Assembly: GCA_965215265.1 (NCBI GenBank)
Contig: OZ244048.1
Coordinates: 3,232,001-3,296,000 of the forward strand
DNA from: Candidatus Poribacteria bacterium
GTDB taxonomy: Bacteria; Poribacteria; WGA-4E; WGA-3G
Direction: 5' to 3'
Length of the DNA: 64,000 nt
Of the stretch, positions 1 to 11,400 are shown piece by piece. Every line of letters starts with the position of its first letter. The stretch's first letter is position 1. Both the position numbers and the translations under genes were made by a program. The notes below the pieces were generated by a model. That model was not told the origin of the DNA, did not search any database, and saw only the letters and a program-made list of their open reading frames with translations.

Positions 1-1
1 T

Positions 2-334
2 ACGCATAAGATGGGACGGATTGTCATCGTTGGCGGCGCGAGTATCACACACGGTTTTGCAGCCGGACTCGGGAACGTTGACGTTATCAGTGCAGCACGT
101 ACCGGCCCCGGCTATCACGATGAAGCTTATGAACACGGTGCGGATTACCCACCCGTCTTCGTCTCGTGGCCGACACAGCGGAACTTGGAATTGGTTTTGC
201 GCATGATGTCAGAAGGCAAGATCCAGGTTAAGCCGTTGATAACAGATGTGGTTCCGATTGATGATGCCCCTGCCGCTTGTGAAAAATTGATTGAGAGCCC
301 CAATGAGGCGTTGGGCGTTATCTTTTCTATGTAA
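2..334 (+). CDS. C-terminal part of a zinc-binding alcohol dehydrogenase-like (MDR) oxidoreductase, truncated by the window edge
   Basis: Open frame from the window start. GRIVIVG and 'GKIQVKPLITDVVPIDDAPAACEKL..ALGVIF' are typical of an MDR C-terminus. Confidence 0.75.
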   Translation, partial: THKMGRIVIVGGASITHGFAAGLGNVDVISAARTGPGYHDEAYEHGADYPPVFVSWPTQRNLELVLRMMSEGKIQVKPLITDVVPIDDAPAACEKLIESPNEALGVIFSM

Positions 335-398
335 ATATGTAAATGTGTAAAAAGGTAAAAAGGTAAAAAAACAGAGAGTTTCTGCTATAGACAAAAAA

Positions 399-1604
399 AT
401 GGAAATTAGAGCCGTTCGCGAATTAGAATTAGAACAGGTCGTTGAACTGTCATGCCTAGCGTTTAATCCAGATGGGCATGAACGGTATTGGCAATATGTC
501 CATGGGGATAGGAGTTACAACCTTTCTCAGACGCGCGTTGTTGTTGTGAACCAGCGGGTTGTTTCAACTTTGCGGGTGTGGGAGCGCCGGATGCGGGTTG
601 GGGCATCTATTATAACAATGGGTGGTATCGGCGGCGTTTGTACGCATCCGAATTACCGTGGCGTTGGCTATGCTTCTGCTCTTATGGAGGATACGGTTGG
701 CTATCTGCGGACAATTGGCTGTGACATCGGTGCCCTTTTTACCATCATTCCTGATGGGTTCTATCGGCGGTTGGGCTGGGCCCCTTTCCCGTTAGCGGGG
801 TTTCAGGTTGCAGGTCCTTCTCTAAAGCGCCCCGTTAATACAGTGTGGGCGGTGCGGGATTTCAGTTTGCAGTCTGATTTAGATGCGGTTGCAGGCGTTT
901 ATGATGCTGCTAATGTTGAGCAGAGCGGTAGCGTGGTGCGAACACGTGCCTATTGGGACATGCAACCGTCACGTATCCGGGGGGTCCTGCCGACCGTGGT
1001 TGCGTACAAAAACGGGAGACTGGGTGGGTATCTCAATTATCAGATAGACGGAGACGCAGCGGAGGTATTTGAAGTTGTGGTGCATCCAGAAGAACCGGCT
1101 GTGTTAGACGCGCTCGGTTCGCATCTGCTGGAAGTGTGTGAGGAACAAGACGTTTCGGAAATATATGGCAAATTTTCGCATCGCCATCCTTTTGTGGCGC
1201 GGCTGGCACCGGAATCTAATGGCGGGGTAGGAGAGTGCGAGGACAGTTCGATGATGCTCTATGCGGTTAACCTACAAGTGTTTTTACGCCGTCTGTTGCT
1301 TGAGGGGCAGGCACGACTGGCGGCATCGGGTCAAGTATTCCCGGAGCTGGCGATGCGATTTACTGTCAATAATCAAGAGGCGGTTCTTCACCACGATGGA
1401 AATGGGACGCTGCAAATATACGCTGAACATCCGAATGCACTTGAGCTCGGCATCCCCGAGGCGGTGTTCTGGAAACTTCTCTTTGGCGAATTAAGTTCGG
1501 GGCAGGTTAAAGCGGATGTTTCCGGGCGGTCCGATATCTGGCGCTTTTTATCTACACTGTTTCCGCAACGCGATGTCATCTTCTGGTCTCCGGACCGGTA
1601 TTGA
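399..1604 (+). CDS. GNAT acetyltransferase, Eis-like
   Basis: Acetyl-CoA motif 'GIGGVCTHPNYRGVGYAS', 'FYRRLGW', a second GNAT-like domain and an SCP2-like C-terminus; 401 aa. Confidence 0.85.
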   Translation: MEIRAVRELELEQVVELSCLAFNPDGHERYWQYVHGDRSYNLSQTRVVVVNQRVVSTLRVWERRMRVGASIITMGGIGGVCTHPNYRGVGYASALMEDTVGYLRTIGCDIGALFTIIPDGFYRRLGWAPFPLAGFQVAGPSLKRPVNTVWAVRDFSLQSDLDAVAGVYDAANVEQSGSVVRTRAYWDMQPSRIRGVLPTVVAYKNGRLGGYLNYQIDGDAAEVFEVVVHPEEPAVLDALGSHLLEVCEEQDVSEIYGKFSHRHPFVARLAPESNGGVGECEDSSMMLYAVNLQVFLRRLLLEGQARLAASGQVFPELAMRFTVNNQEAVLHHDGNGTLQIYAEHPNALELGIPEAVFWKLLFGELSSGQVKADVSGRSDIWRFLSTLFPQRDVIFWSPDRY

Positions 1605-1831
1605 CAGAGACCGTAACTGGAATACCCGATGAAAATGATTTTGCTTTTCTTGATACTATTCTCTGTTACCGCTTATGAGCGGAGAGCCTCCGTCCCACAA
1701 TGTCTCCTCGTTGAGTCTGTGCCGCCGAAAACCATCGCCCCGAGCCGTCCGTTTCCCACAGGGAGCGCGTCTGTCCACTCTTCGGCTGGGTTTTGATACC
1801 ATAAAATGAGTTTATCTGTGTCCGTCATGGC

Positions 1832-4800
1832 TTATCCTTGATCGTCGAACTTAAGGCTGTCTGTAACGCTGGCGAGTACCTGGTTTATCTGTTCCAACAT
1901 CTCGGCTGACGGGGTTTCTCCCTTCGCGGTAATGACGAGCCGGAATTTGAAGTTGAGTTCAGGCGCGCTCTCTATCAGTTCGCCAACAGCCTCAGACAGA
2001 TCTTGAATTTCAACATCTGTTAGGGGCGATTCTGTATGGCCTACCCATGCTGGTTTCTGTACTCGCCTGTTTAGAAAGTCCTCATTATCTTCGGATAAAG
2101 TGATGGTGCCAGTGTTAATCGCTTTAGTTACAACGGCGCGAAACACCTCGTCGGGTATAGGGAAGCCTTTTTTGGTCTGGAGTGCGGTTTTAATGGCTCG
2201 GAGCGTCGCGGTTTGAGATTCCCCCCAGGCTGCTTCGACATCCGGACCGGTGAGCTCCGACGGTTCCAAGTCCGGAATAGGCTGCAACACTTTCAAATGG
2301 ACGTTATCCGCCTGTTCGGGGGTACAGGGCCATTCGGGTCCTCCGTCTATGATTTCAAAGAGGTTGGCATTCACGCCGCTGTCGATGGTATTAACAAGCA
2401 TCGACCACGGGATGGGGGTGGCTTTGCGTTGTGCTAACACGCTACGGATGCGCCCAACAGAGGTGGTTTCGTTATCCCACGCGTCGGACAGATTTTTGGG
2501 TGTGATGTGGGCGTGCTGAATCTGTGCGATCGGTTTTCGGAGCTGCAATGTATCGTTTCGGGCATCGTCCGGAATGGGTTCATTCTGATAGGCGTTATCT
2601 TGGTGGCAGGCCATAAGCATGCCGTTTTTAACGGCGGTCTGAATGGCTGTGAAAAGGACGTTGGGGTTGGCAATTGTTGGTGCCTGTGCTCCGTCAAAGA
2701 ACGCCCGTAGTGCTTCCACACTAATCGGGGCATTCTCATCGGGCCATACCTCCTGAAGCTTCCCGGGTACGAATAGGTTAGGTCTGAGGGTGTCGAGTTT
2801 AGCGTGTTGGATTGGTACGATATCGAAGTTTCGGTCCCGGAGTTCTGTCTCGGTAGTGGGTGCCTCGCGCCAATAGGTTAACTGGGTGCCGTCTGGCCGG
2901 GTGGATTGGAGTACGATTTGTCCTTCTTCGGCGGCACGTCGGAGGGTTTCAAGGAGTACCTGCTGGTTCAAGAGTCGCGGTAGTCTCGGCAGGCTGCCGA
3001 ACATCCGGTAGAAATCTTGTACCGGTTTCGCTGTCTCGTCTGGTCCCCATAATTCATAAGGGCCCGTTGGGGTGATGAGGGCTGGGTCTAGGGTGGCCTG
3101 GATCAATCTATCATCGCTGGTGAGTTTAGTTTTGACGCGCTCGAACGGTGAATCGTTCCCGGATGTCGGTATAGTGCTCGCTTCAATATTGCCGTCCGGG
3201 TTAACGGCTATCAGTACATTATACGCCCCGATGACCGAGTCAGCGATGCTGTTTTCGTCCTTGCGTTTCCGAGTGAGGAGCTGTGTCCGCTGCGATTCGG
3301 TCAAAGACCTCATCTCGTTCTCGTTCTGTTCGATGTTGTGCCATCCGAGGATTTTCCTGATGCTTTCTCGCAGTGTGTAGAGTCGGTTTGTATCGGCGGC
3401 GAGGATGAGTACGTTGTTCGGGAAGGTGCCGTCGAAGAACGCAGTGAGCGTCTCCGAGACCGCTTCTCCGGGGCGTGCTGTATCTTTGGGGTTTGCAATC
3501 ACAAAGTGGAGTTCGGGGGTGTCCGGCACATCGGTACGCGAGGTTGGCAGTGTGTGCAGCGCTACACCATCTCGTTTCCTGCCGAGGGAGGCATCTCTGA
3601 CGCGTTGGACGAGGTCGTCCGTGATCTGCTCGTCGGTAAGCCGTTCCATCGCACGGACGTGCATCCTGGTGAGATTAGTAGTGATGCTCAGGGACCATCT
3701 GGCTGGGTCTTCTTTGAGGAACCAGGAGCGTTCTCGCCAGGCATCGAGTCCTTTTTCGAGGGAGGCGGCATCCATGTCCGCGTGTGCGACGAGGCGGTAG
3801 AGGTCGGTGTCTTCTGCACTCTGCCCGGTGGGTTGCGAGTGCAGAAAAGTAGCGAGCACAGCAGCCTCGACCTCTCGGTGCTCGAGTTGGGGGAGTTGCG
3901 TCTGAACGGCCCGTGCTCTGTCTAGTTCGCCGTTGAGGATCGGTGTCCATTTATTGCTCTCTTCACAGGCGTTGATGAGTTCTTGGAGTGCATCCGAGAG
4001 TTCTGTATCGGTGGCGAGGAGTGTGCTGGGGCCGACGAACGGGGCGGTGTCTTTCCGTTCGGCTTCTTTCAGCATGAGTGCGAACGTTCGGAACATTCCG
4101 CGGGTGCCTTGGAAGCCTTTGAGCTGCGTCCATTTTTGATAGAGGACCTCGATGAGGTCGGGATGGAAGGGGTAGGATTTGAGGAGTGCGGCCTCTGGAT
4201 TATCGCTTTGTGTTGTGTCGAGTGAGAGTTTTTCGCGTGCGGCGAGCAGGCGTTTGACAATGGGTTTCCGTTTTTCTTCGGGTATGACGCTTTCAAAGAG
4301 TCGCCGTCTGAGCAGTTCTGCGATGTCGTCTCTGGAGACGGGTTCGACAGGCTTTTCCGTGCGGCGGAACACGCCCTCCAGCATAGTTAGGACGTTAGTG
4401 CCGGTCGGGTCGTCGGCGCTAATCTCGGCGGCGATGAGGCTGGCGACGATGGCGGCATGTTCCACTTTGTCTACTGCCTGCGTGAGTCCTTGGAAGAAGT
4501 CCTGCAGCGTTCCGAATCGATCGGGGTTGTCATTAACTGCACCGCGTGCGTACATCAGCGCTTCGTCGAGCAGGATGAGGGTAGACATCCCTTGCTTCTG
4601 TGGTGCTCTGAGGAGTTCGACGAGGGTCGGTTCGGCGGGCGGGACGTAGTCCCTATCATGGGCGGCGACCTTGGCGAGCCCTGCCTCACCGGCGAGTTGA
4701 TAGGCTAGTGCTCCCCAAGGCGTGTTAACGTGTCTCTGTTTCCCATCTGGGCCGAGCACCGAAAGTCCGTCTTTGACATCGAATTTGTCAAACGGGAGGA

Positions 4801-5188
4801 GGGCGACTCTGGCACGCGGCAACGTCGTTAACTCACTATCCTCCATGAATTCTTGGACTGTGGGGTGTGCTTGGAATTCAATGCCTCGTTCGGCGAGATG
4901 TAAGAGCGTAATCAGCGAGTGTGTTTTGCCACCGCCGTAGGCCACCTGCACCGTGATGACGGGGTTGCCATCCTCCCCAGCAAGCCGTCGAAGCACTTCG
5001 CGTACCAACCTTTTGAGGTTGCGGGTAGGGTAGGTGCGGTCGAAGAATTGGTCTGGGAGCCTGTAGACGTTAGGGGCATCCCCGGTTCGGACGCTGTAGA
5101 GGTCGGCTGCGAATTCTGCCAAGTTAAGGCTGCCGCTCCGGACATCTTCTCTTAATGTACACTCGGTATGCCATGCGTTACTGTTCAT
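1832..5188 (-). CDS. DUF499-family AAA+ ATPase (restriction-like defence system component)
   Basis: N-terminal 'EFAADL...FFDRTYPT', Walker A 'YGGGKTH', Walker B 'LILLDE', 'SYPFHP', 'FQGTRG'. Confidence 0.88.
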   Translation of the reverse strand: MNSNAWHTECTLREDVRSGSLNLAEFAADLYSVRTGDAPNVYRLPDQFFDRTYPTRNLKRLVREVLRRLAGEDGNPVITVQVAYGGGKTHSLITLLHLAERGIEFQAHPTVQEFMEDSELTTLPRARVALLPFDKFDVKDGLSVLGPDGKQRHVNTPWGALAYQLAGEAGLAKVAAHDRDYVPPAEPTLVELLRAPQKQGMSTLILLDEALMYARGAVNDNPDRFGTLQDFFQGLTQAVDKVEHAAIVASLIAAEISADDPTGTNVLTMLEGVFRRTEKPVEPVSRDDIAELLRRRLFESVIPEEKRKPIVKRLLAAREKLSLDTTQSDNPEAALLKSYPFHPDLIEVLYQKWTQLKGFQGTRGMFRTFALMLKEAERKDTAPFVGPSTLLATDTELSDALQELINACEESNKWTPILNGELDRARAVQTQLPQLEHREVEAAVLATFLHSQPTGQSAEDTDLYRLVAHADMDAASLEKGLDAWRERSWFLKEDPARWSLSITTNLTRMHVRAMERLTDEQITDDLVQRVRDASLGRKRDGVALHTLPTSRTDVPDTPELHFVIANPKDTARPGEAVSETLTAFFDGTFPNNVLILAADTNRLYTLRESIRKILGWHNIEQNENEMRSLTESQRTQLLTRKRKDENSIADSVIGAYNVLIAVNPDGNIEASTIPTSGNDSPFERVKTKLTSDDRLIQATLDPALITPTGPYELWGPDETAKPVQDFYRMFGSLPRLPRLLNQQVLLETLRRAAEEGQIVLQSTRPDGTQLTYWREAPTTETELRDRNFDIVPIQHAKLDTLRPNLFVPGKLQEVWPDENAPISVEALRAFFDGAQAPTIANPNVLFTAIQTAVKNGMLMACHQDNAYQNEPIPDDARNDTLQLRKPIAQIQHAHITPKNLSDAWDNETTSVGRIRSVLAQRKATPIPWSMLVNTIDSGVNANLFEIIDGGPEWPCTPEQADNVHLKVLQPIPDLEPSELTGPDVEAAWGESQTATLRAIKTALQTKKGFPIPDEVFRAVVTKAINTGTITLSEDNEDFLNRRVQKPAWVGHTESPLTDVEIQDLSEAVGELIESAPELNFKFRLVITAKGETPSAEMLEQINQVLASVTDSLKFDDQG

Positions 5189-5198
5189 AAATGTGTTC

Positions 5199-8144
5199 CT
5201 ATTTTCTATCTGTGCTCTGCTTTCGCGACAACGACTCTATGTCGAATAGAGATTGCTGTTGGTCTGTGTCAGTAGTCTTGCTTATATGAGTCCAGTCTGT
5301 ACCGATGCGTGCTGAGGGTTTGTAATTCAGCAGCGTCTCCAAAAGTGCCCTTTCATTGGAACCTTCGGGGTTCATCTCTATGAGTGCCTGTACAACTGGC
5401 TTGAAGACCTGGCTTTCCGCGAGCCCTGAATCGATAAAGTAGTCGTTTAGTTCGGCCCGTTCGTTGGCATCCCAGAGGAGCATGAGCCGATGGATAACGT
5501 CTATTATCGGAACCTGCCCTAAGGTGTGTGTATAACCGACGCGAGTTGCGTCGCGTTCGGTGTAACCGTGGAGTTTGAGTGCGTTGCCGGAGGCGACCTT
5601 CTTCAAGAAGCCGTCACGGCGGTTGCGGAGCTCGTCAAGGGATACGCCGTAGCCTTGTGCCAATAGGATACACTCGCCTACGGGGGCATCCGCGGTGCCG
5701 AAATGGTTCCTGTGCATCAGGTAGTAGGATGTCCATGCGTCTAAAGCCTCGGTGTTCTGGAGATTGAGAATCTGTCCCAATGCGAAGTTGGTGACGCGCC
5801 GTCTGACCTCCGTGAGAAATTCAGTTACCGTGAAGCGGTTGCCGGTTGCTCGCCGGACTTCTGTATGGGCGGAGTAGCTTTCGAGGGCGGGGCCGATGGC
5901 TGCCCAGACGAAGTCGGGGCCCCGGATGCCCATGTCCCAGAAGTCGCGGAGCCGTTCAGTGATGCGTGCTTTCATGGCCCTTGTGACTTGGTTGTACCAG
6001 CCGACTTTTGCGTCAGCGGGACGTTTCCGGCAGACGAGCCACAGCGACGTTGCGAGAGAGGCTTTCCTTTGTGAGCTCAGGCTGTTCTTTAGTTCTGTGT
6101 CAATAGGCCACGATGCGGTAACGACCAGCCCGGCTTCGATCATCGCTGTCACCAAGGTTTCCCATGCGTCTGGGGATTTGTGTGCGAACACAATCACTAT
6201 TCGCCCGGTGTCTACGAGTGCATTGCGTGCAGCTGAAAAAGTAGCGGCCATACCAGATTCGTAAAACTTCTTCGCCGCCTTATTATCGCCATCAAAATGA
6301 TCCGAATGTTGGACAAGTTCATCAGATTTTGGTGTGAGTGTGTCTGCAAAAATGTCAGGAAATTGTTCTCCAATTGAGCGCCGGAGCCATACATAGAAGA
6401 AGTCGGAGAGGTCTGCGTACGGAATCGCGTCATAGTAGGGCGGATCCGTAATAATTGCCGATACCTTTTGACTGACTTGACAACGGCTCGATTGTTGATT
6501 GATGTCGGGTGTGGAGGTTAATTTGGTCGCGAGCATGTTTTCCAGAAAACGTGTCACCGAACCAATGTGGGCGGAATAACTACCTGCGAGCTGAGAAAAG
6601 GGATTTAGCTCAGCAAAGTCCCAAACGATCGGCATTGCGAATCTCATAAAAGTGCTTCTTACTGCTTCGCTAGTGTTATGCCATGTACAGATCGTAGAAT
6701 TATAATCAGCAATTCTATTAACAAGGACTGCTAGGTAAGCCCAAACTGCCTCTATCCACGGCGTGGGATATCCAATTTTTTTCATTTCCTTACATGATGT
6801 AAGCGTCCATTTCACAAAAGTCATCAACGCCAGTAGCTGCCGGTCTCTAAAGAGCTGCGACCACTGCTTAAAGCCGTAGAGGGGGATGCTAAATCCGAGC
6901 GTTTTGGGGCTGGGCATCGGTTCATCGGGGATGCCGTGTGGGATTTGCGCTTCGATGGCTGCTAAGGTTTCGGGTGGTATCTCGGCTGCGTTAATCTCCT
7001 CTTGTGTGGGTGTGCGGTACTCCTTGCCGTAGGTTTCCTGATAAACGACGGCTGTCATCTGTGCCTTAAGTTTTCCGATATGTCCGCACCGTTTGATATG
7101 ATCGCCGGGTTGTGGAGCGCTGCAAAAGGGGCAGGTCGCAGCCGCCCCTCTACCGGACATTGTGGGAGTTCCAAGGTCGTCTACATTTTTCGGTGCGTAG
7201 ATTTCAAATTGGACGCGTTTCGTCTCGGGGTGCGTGGAGAGTTTGAGGGCGCGTTTTGCGTTGATGACGACTTTCTTCTGGTTTCTCGTCTCTTTGGTGC
7301 GTAGGAAATCGGGGCGTGCTCGATTTTCGGGTGTGTCAGGGAGCGTTTTCTCCGCTTTTTTGGACAAATAGAGGGTTTTGAGTAGCGGGATCTGCCCGTT
7401 GCAGCTCGGATCTTGACATGGGATTGTCCGTGTCCAGAGGTAGGCGACTGTCGGTTTGTCATCTATAGTCGGGTAGAAGTGCTTCAGTTCGTTGCGTGCG
7501 TTCTCTAAGACCCACTGTCCCCAGAGGCGGACGTGATCGACGAGGTCTCCGTTCTTCAGCTCGGGCGGTTCAGAGAGGTTGAGCTTCGGGAGTTGATGCG
7601 TTTTACCGGCGAGACGTTGCGGGTATTCGAGCGTGCATTTGAGGATGAACCATGCGACGGGGTTGTAGTCGTTGGCGATTGCTTCACAGCCGAGTCGCAT
7701 CGCTTCGAGGGGGATTGCCCCGCCGCCTGCGAATAGGTCGAGGACTTTCGGCGGCTTGCCGTTGTAAGCGGTCTGTATCAGTTCCCTAGCGATGCGGAGT
7801 TTATTGAGCCATCGTCCCTTCTGGTCTTTCTCGTGCCATTCTGCGTGTCCGTTTTCGTCGCCCCATCGGGTGAGTGCGGCGATGAGATCACAGAGATATT
7901 TGCGTTGGTCATCAGGGAGGGATGAGCCAGAGAGGCGTGTGTATTCGGCCTTGAGAGGCTCAGGTGCATCTTCGGGCTCTGGGAGTAGGGTAGCGAGTGT
8001 GACTGCTCGGCATGCGGCGAGGGGGCGTCGTGCGGGCCAAATATGGAGGTTGGAGATATGGCCGTGGTGTACGTTCTTTTCGTGTTTTGAATCTGTGGAG
8101 ACCTTTTCTAGGGGGAAGGCTTCCTCTATAAGCCTACGTGGCAT
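5199..8144 (-). CDS. DUF1156-containing adenine-specific DNA methyltransferase
   Basis: 'HIWPARRPLAACRA' DUF1156 signature, SAM motif 'DLFAGGGAIPLEA', catalytic 'TDPPYYD', Cys-pair zinc ribbon (CQDPSC..CPFC). Confidence 0.9.
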   Translation of the reverse strand: MPRRLIEEAFPLEKVSTDSKHEKNVHHGHISNLHIWPARRPLAACRAVTLATLLPEPEDAPEPLKAEYTRLSGSSLPDDQRKYLCDLIAALTRWGDENGHAEWHEKDQKGRWLNKLRIARELIQTAYNGKPPKVLDLFAGGGAIPLEAMRLGCEAIANDYNPVAWFILKCTLEYPQRLAGKTHQLPKLNLSEPPELKNGDLVDHVRLWGQWVLENARNELKHFYPTIDDKPTVAYLWTRTIPCQDPSCNGQIPLLKTLYLSKKAEKTLPDTPENRARPDFLRTKETRNQKKVVINAKRALKLSTHPETKRVQFEIYAPKNVDDLGTPTMSGRGAAATCPFCSAPQPGDHIKRCGHIGKLKAQMTAVVYQETYGKEYRTPTQEEINAAEIPPETLAAIEAQIPHGIPDEPMPSPKTLGFSIPLYGFKQWSQLFRDRQLLALMTFVKWTLTSCKEMKKIGYPTPWIEAVWAYLAVLVNRIADYNSTICTWHNTSEAVRSTFMRFAMPIVWDFAELNPFSQLAGSYSAHIGSVTRFLENMLATKLTSTPDINQQSSRCQVSQKVSAIITDPPYYDAIPYADLSDFFYVWLRRSIGEQFPDIFADTLTPKSDELVQHSDHFDGDNKAAKKFYESGMAATFSAARNALVDTGRIVIVFAHKSPDAWETLVTAMIEAGLVVTASWPIDTELKNSLSSQRKASLATSLWLVCRKRPADAKVGWYNQVTRAMKARITERLRDFWDMGIRGPDFVWAAIGPALESYSAHTEVRRATGNRFTVTEFLTEVRRRVTNFALGQILNLQNTEALDAWTSYYLMHRNHFGTADAPVGECILLAQGYGVSLDELRNRRDGFLKKVASGNALKLHGYTERDATRVGYTHTLGQVPIIDVIHRLMLLWDANERAELNDYFIDSGLAESQVFKPVVQALIEMNPEGSNERALLETLLNYKPSARIGTDWTHISKTTDTDQQQSLFDIESLSRKQSTDRK

Positions 8145-8411
8145 TCGTATTTCCCTTTGTTGTGTGGTTGATATAATAAATATAACTTACTTAATTGTGC
8201 GATTTCTGTCAAGCGGGGTTTAAGCCGCGTGTTTTTTTTCTGTTTCTGTGAGTATGCTAGCATATTTATAGAAATATGTCAAGTTTTTTTTATGTGTGTC
8301 ATTTTTCTAAACAAAAACCTTTCACCCTTCAAAAAAATGGGGGTAAGTGAGTTTTTGTGTCGGTTTCGGTTTAAATTGTAGGCTTGCAGCATGGATAGAT
8401 GAGGGTGGCTG

Positions 8412-11400
8412 TCAATTTTTTTTGTTTTGTGTATTGTTAAGGATATCAGCGGATTTGATGATATAGGTAGCTTTGCATTTCGCCTTGAGGTGGTTATAGG
8501 GGTCAGCGTGTATATGTAGCTGAGGATTGCTGTCGCAGTGATAGACGACGTAGAGCCAGTAGCGGTCGGGGTGGTTATCGGCTTGTCGCCATTCGTTTTC
8601 TGTTAATTGGATGTCGCCGGTTGTGGCGCGTCCTTTGACTTCGATGTAGCGGACTTCTCCGTTTGGGTGTCTGGATTCGAGGTCGAATCCGCGTTTGAGG
8701 TGTGGTGCGGAGACATCTTGGACGGTTGCGCCGCGTTGGCGTTCGTAGTTAATGACGGTGTTGATGGCGATGGCTTCGGTGTCAGGCAAGGTGCGGGTGG
8801 GGAGTCCGGGCTCGTCTGGGGGCGGTGGTGTGACAAAGGCGCGTGCGTAGAGTTCGACGGGTTCTAATCGAATGGTTTCGATTTCTTGGGTGAGTCGTGC
8901 TTTCGCGGCCTCGTGTTCTTCAGGGAGAGTCTTGAGGAGGCGGTTGCATCTCTCTAGTTTGGTTTGTGCGGCGGGGGTACCGCTGTTGACATCCGTTTTG
9001 AGCGTTTGGCGTTGCTTTAGCAGCTCAGACCTTTGTAAGTTAAACGAGACTTGGAGCTGCTCCTGTCTATTTTTTAATCCATTCTGAAACTGGTTGCGAA
9101 ATTGAAGCAGTTTCGGATTTCCGAAATTTTCACGGATGCAATCTTTGACTCGCTGCGTCTGCTCAGCGAGTGAGTGCAATTCGGGTGTGAGGAGTGTGGC
9201 TGTGTTCTGTTCAGCTGTAGGTGGGATGAGTGTTAACAAGAGATGTGCGGGTGTTTCGCTACATTTTGCGTCCGCGGTCTGTTTGATTCCGAGGAGGGTT
9301 TGGTCGAGGATTTGAGACGTTTCGCCGGTCTGTTGTACGATGTTGACTTTTGCGAGATAGAAGAGGTAGGGTTCCTCGGTGTGTGGGTCGAAAAAGATGG
9401 CGCCGTGTTTGGCTGCGGCGTTAAATTTTTGGAGGAAATGGGTTTGGACGGTGTCGAAGATAGGTTCGCCGGGGTGTAGCAAGATGGCCTCGGGTTTTTC
9501 TGCGGTGTTGGGGAGTGCGAGTTGGCGTGAGAAGGTGAGGTGGTGCTGGAGGTTGGGAGGGTATTCATCGATGGCGTTTTGTAATGGTGCGGGAGAGTTG
9601 ACAAGTTTAAAAGTGTGTTCGGTGCTGCCTTTGATATGTGCGCCGAGGTGTTGTGCGGCCTGTTCGAAGAAACTTCTGGCGTAAGCGGGTAGCATCCGGA
9701 AGGTTTCTGCGGCTTCGCGCTGGTGCTGGGTATCGGCGAGTAGGTGCTTAATGTCGCTTGGCATGACAGACTTTTGCTGCCTCTCCAGCTGTGTTTTGAA
9801 ATTTTCGGCAGTGAATTGCTCGTTGATAGCGCGGATAGATGCGTCGGTCTGGTTTTCTGTGATGGCTTTTGTGATGAGTTGTGAGAGAGATGTTTGGCTG
9901 AATTGCTGTCCGATGACATCGAAGACCTTATCGTCATCTAGTTCGTCGCGCATTTTCTGCAATTTATCGAGGAGTACCGTGAGTACTCGTCCTTCGCGCG
10001 TGTCTTCAGCGACGAGATTAAGCAGTACGACTGTGTGCGTCTGCTTGTATCGGTGTATGCGTCCCATGCGTTGTTCGAGTCGTGCGGGGTTCCATGGGAT
10101 ATCGTAGTTGACCATCAGCCAGCAGAATTGGAGGTTAATGCCTTCGCCTGCGGCATCGGTAGCGATGAGATATTGCGCGTCGTGTGTGTCTCGGAAACGT
10201 TCGACCTGTTTTTCGCGTTCAGTGTAATTCATCCCGCCGTGGATTTGGGCGACTTTTCCGGTAAAGCCCAACGCCTCTAAGCGGTGGGTAACAAATTCCA
10301 GTGTGTCTCGATGCTCGGTGAAGATGAGGACTTTTGTGTCGGGGTATTCGGAGAGTGCCTCCCAGAGTTTTTCAAATTTGCTTTCCGATTTGAGTCGGTA
10401 AACGTTCTCAGCGAGTGCTTTAATCGTTTGCAGGTGCTGGATTTCGGTTTCGAGCTGTTGCGTGGATTGTGCGGTGGTTGCACGTTCGAGTTCTCGATCT
10501 GCGTGTTCGGATTCTTCGGTGCCGTCAATGAATTCTTCCTCGTCGCCAGTTTTCTCTTCTCGGACATCGGTGTGTGAGAGCGTCTGCTGTCGTGTTTCTA
10601 GTTGTGCTGTTGAGAGGTTGCCGTTTCGGAGGTTTTGTAGGGTAGCGTGAAGTTTCTGCGTACGTCTGATAATGCTCTGCCGCAGTGCGAAGGTTGAGCT
10701 GGCGAGTCGTCGTTGTAGTACTAGCATGGCCATTTTTGCGGCGTTTCGGTTGTATTGGTTGGCGAGATCGAAATATTGTTCGCAATAGGTTGTGACGGCG
10801 TCGTAGAGGGCTTGCTCGCTAACGGGACCTTGCTTAAGGGGATAGGTGATTGTTCGGCTGTGTCGAGGCGGGTAGATGGGTTTTCCGTCGAAGGTGATCA
10901 TCTCCTCTTTCATGCGTCGGAGCAGATGTTTAGTTTTTTCGTCGGTGGCGAGTCGTTCGAAGGCTTTCTGTGCGGCGAGGCGTTCTGGCATCAGCAGTCG
11001 CCATAGAAAATAGTAAGCGTCCTCTTTTCCCATGTGTGGTGTAGCTGTGAGGAGGAGCAGATGTTTGCGTTGTGCGGCGATGCGCTCCGCCAAAAGGTAA
11101 CGTTTGGATTTGTGGATTGTGCCGTCGCGTTCGTAGCGTGCGGAGAGTTTATGTGCTTCGTCAAAGACGACGAGTTGATAATCTGGTGCGTTAAAGAGGT
11201 GTTTCTGCATCCGTTCTTGCCTTAGGGTATCCAAGCTGATGATCGCTAGGCGGTTTTTGGGTTCTGCAAATGGATTCGTTCTGTTTGCATCGTTACTAGA
11301 GAGGATACGGAAGTTGAGGCGGAAGCAGAGTCGTAGTTCCCGTTCCCAATTCCCGATGAGTCCGGCCGGTGGTACGACGAGTATCCGTTCTACTTGTCCA

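Noticed and set aside
341-370. Short tandem 'aaaaaggt' repeats after the first gene (similar 'ttacccct' at about 32400)
   Set aside because: Only two low-complexity units; no function can be supported.
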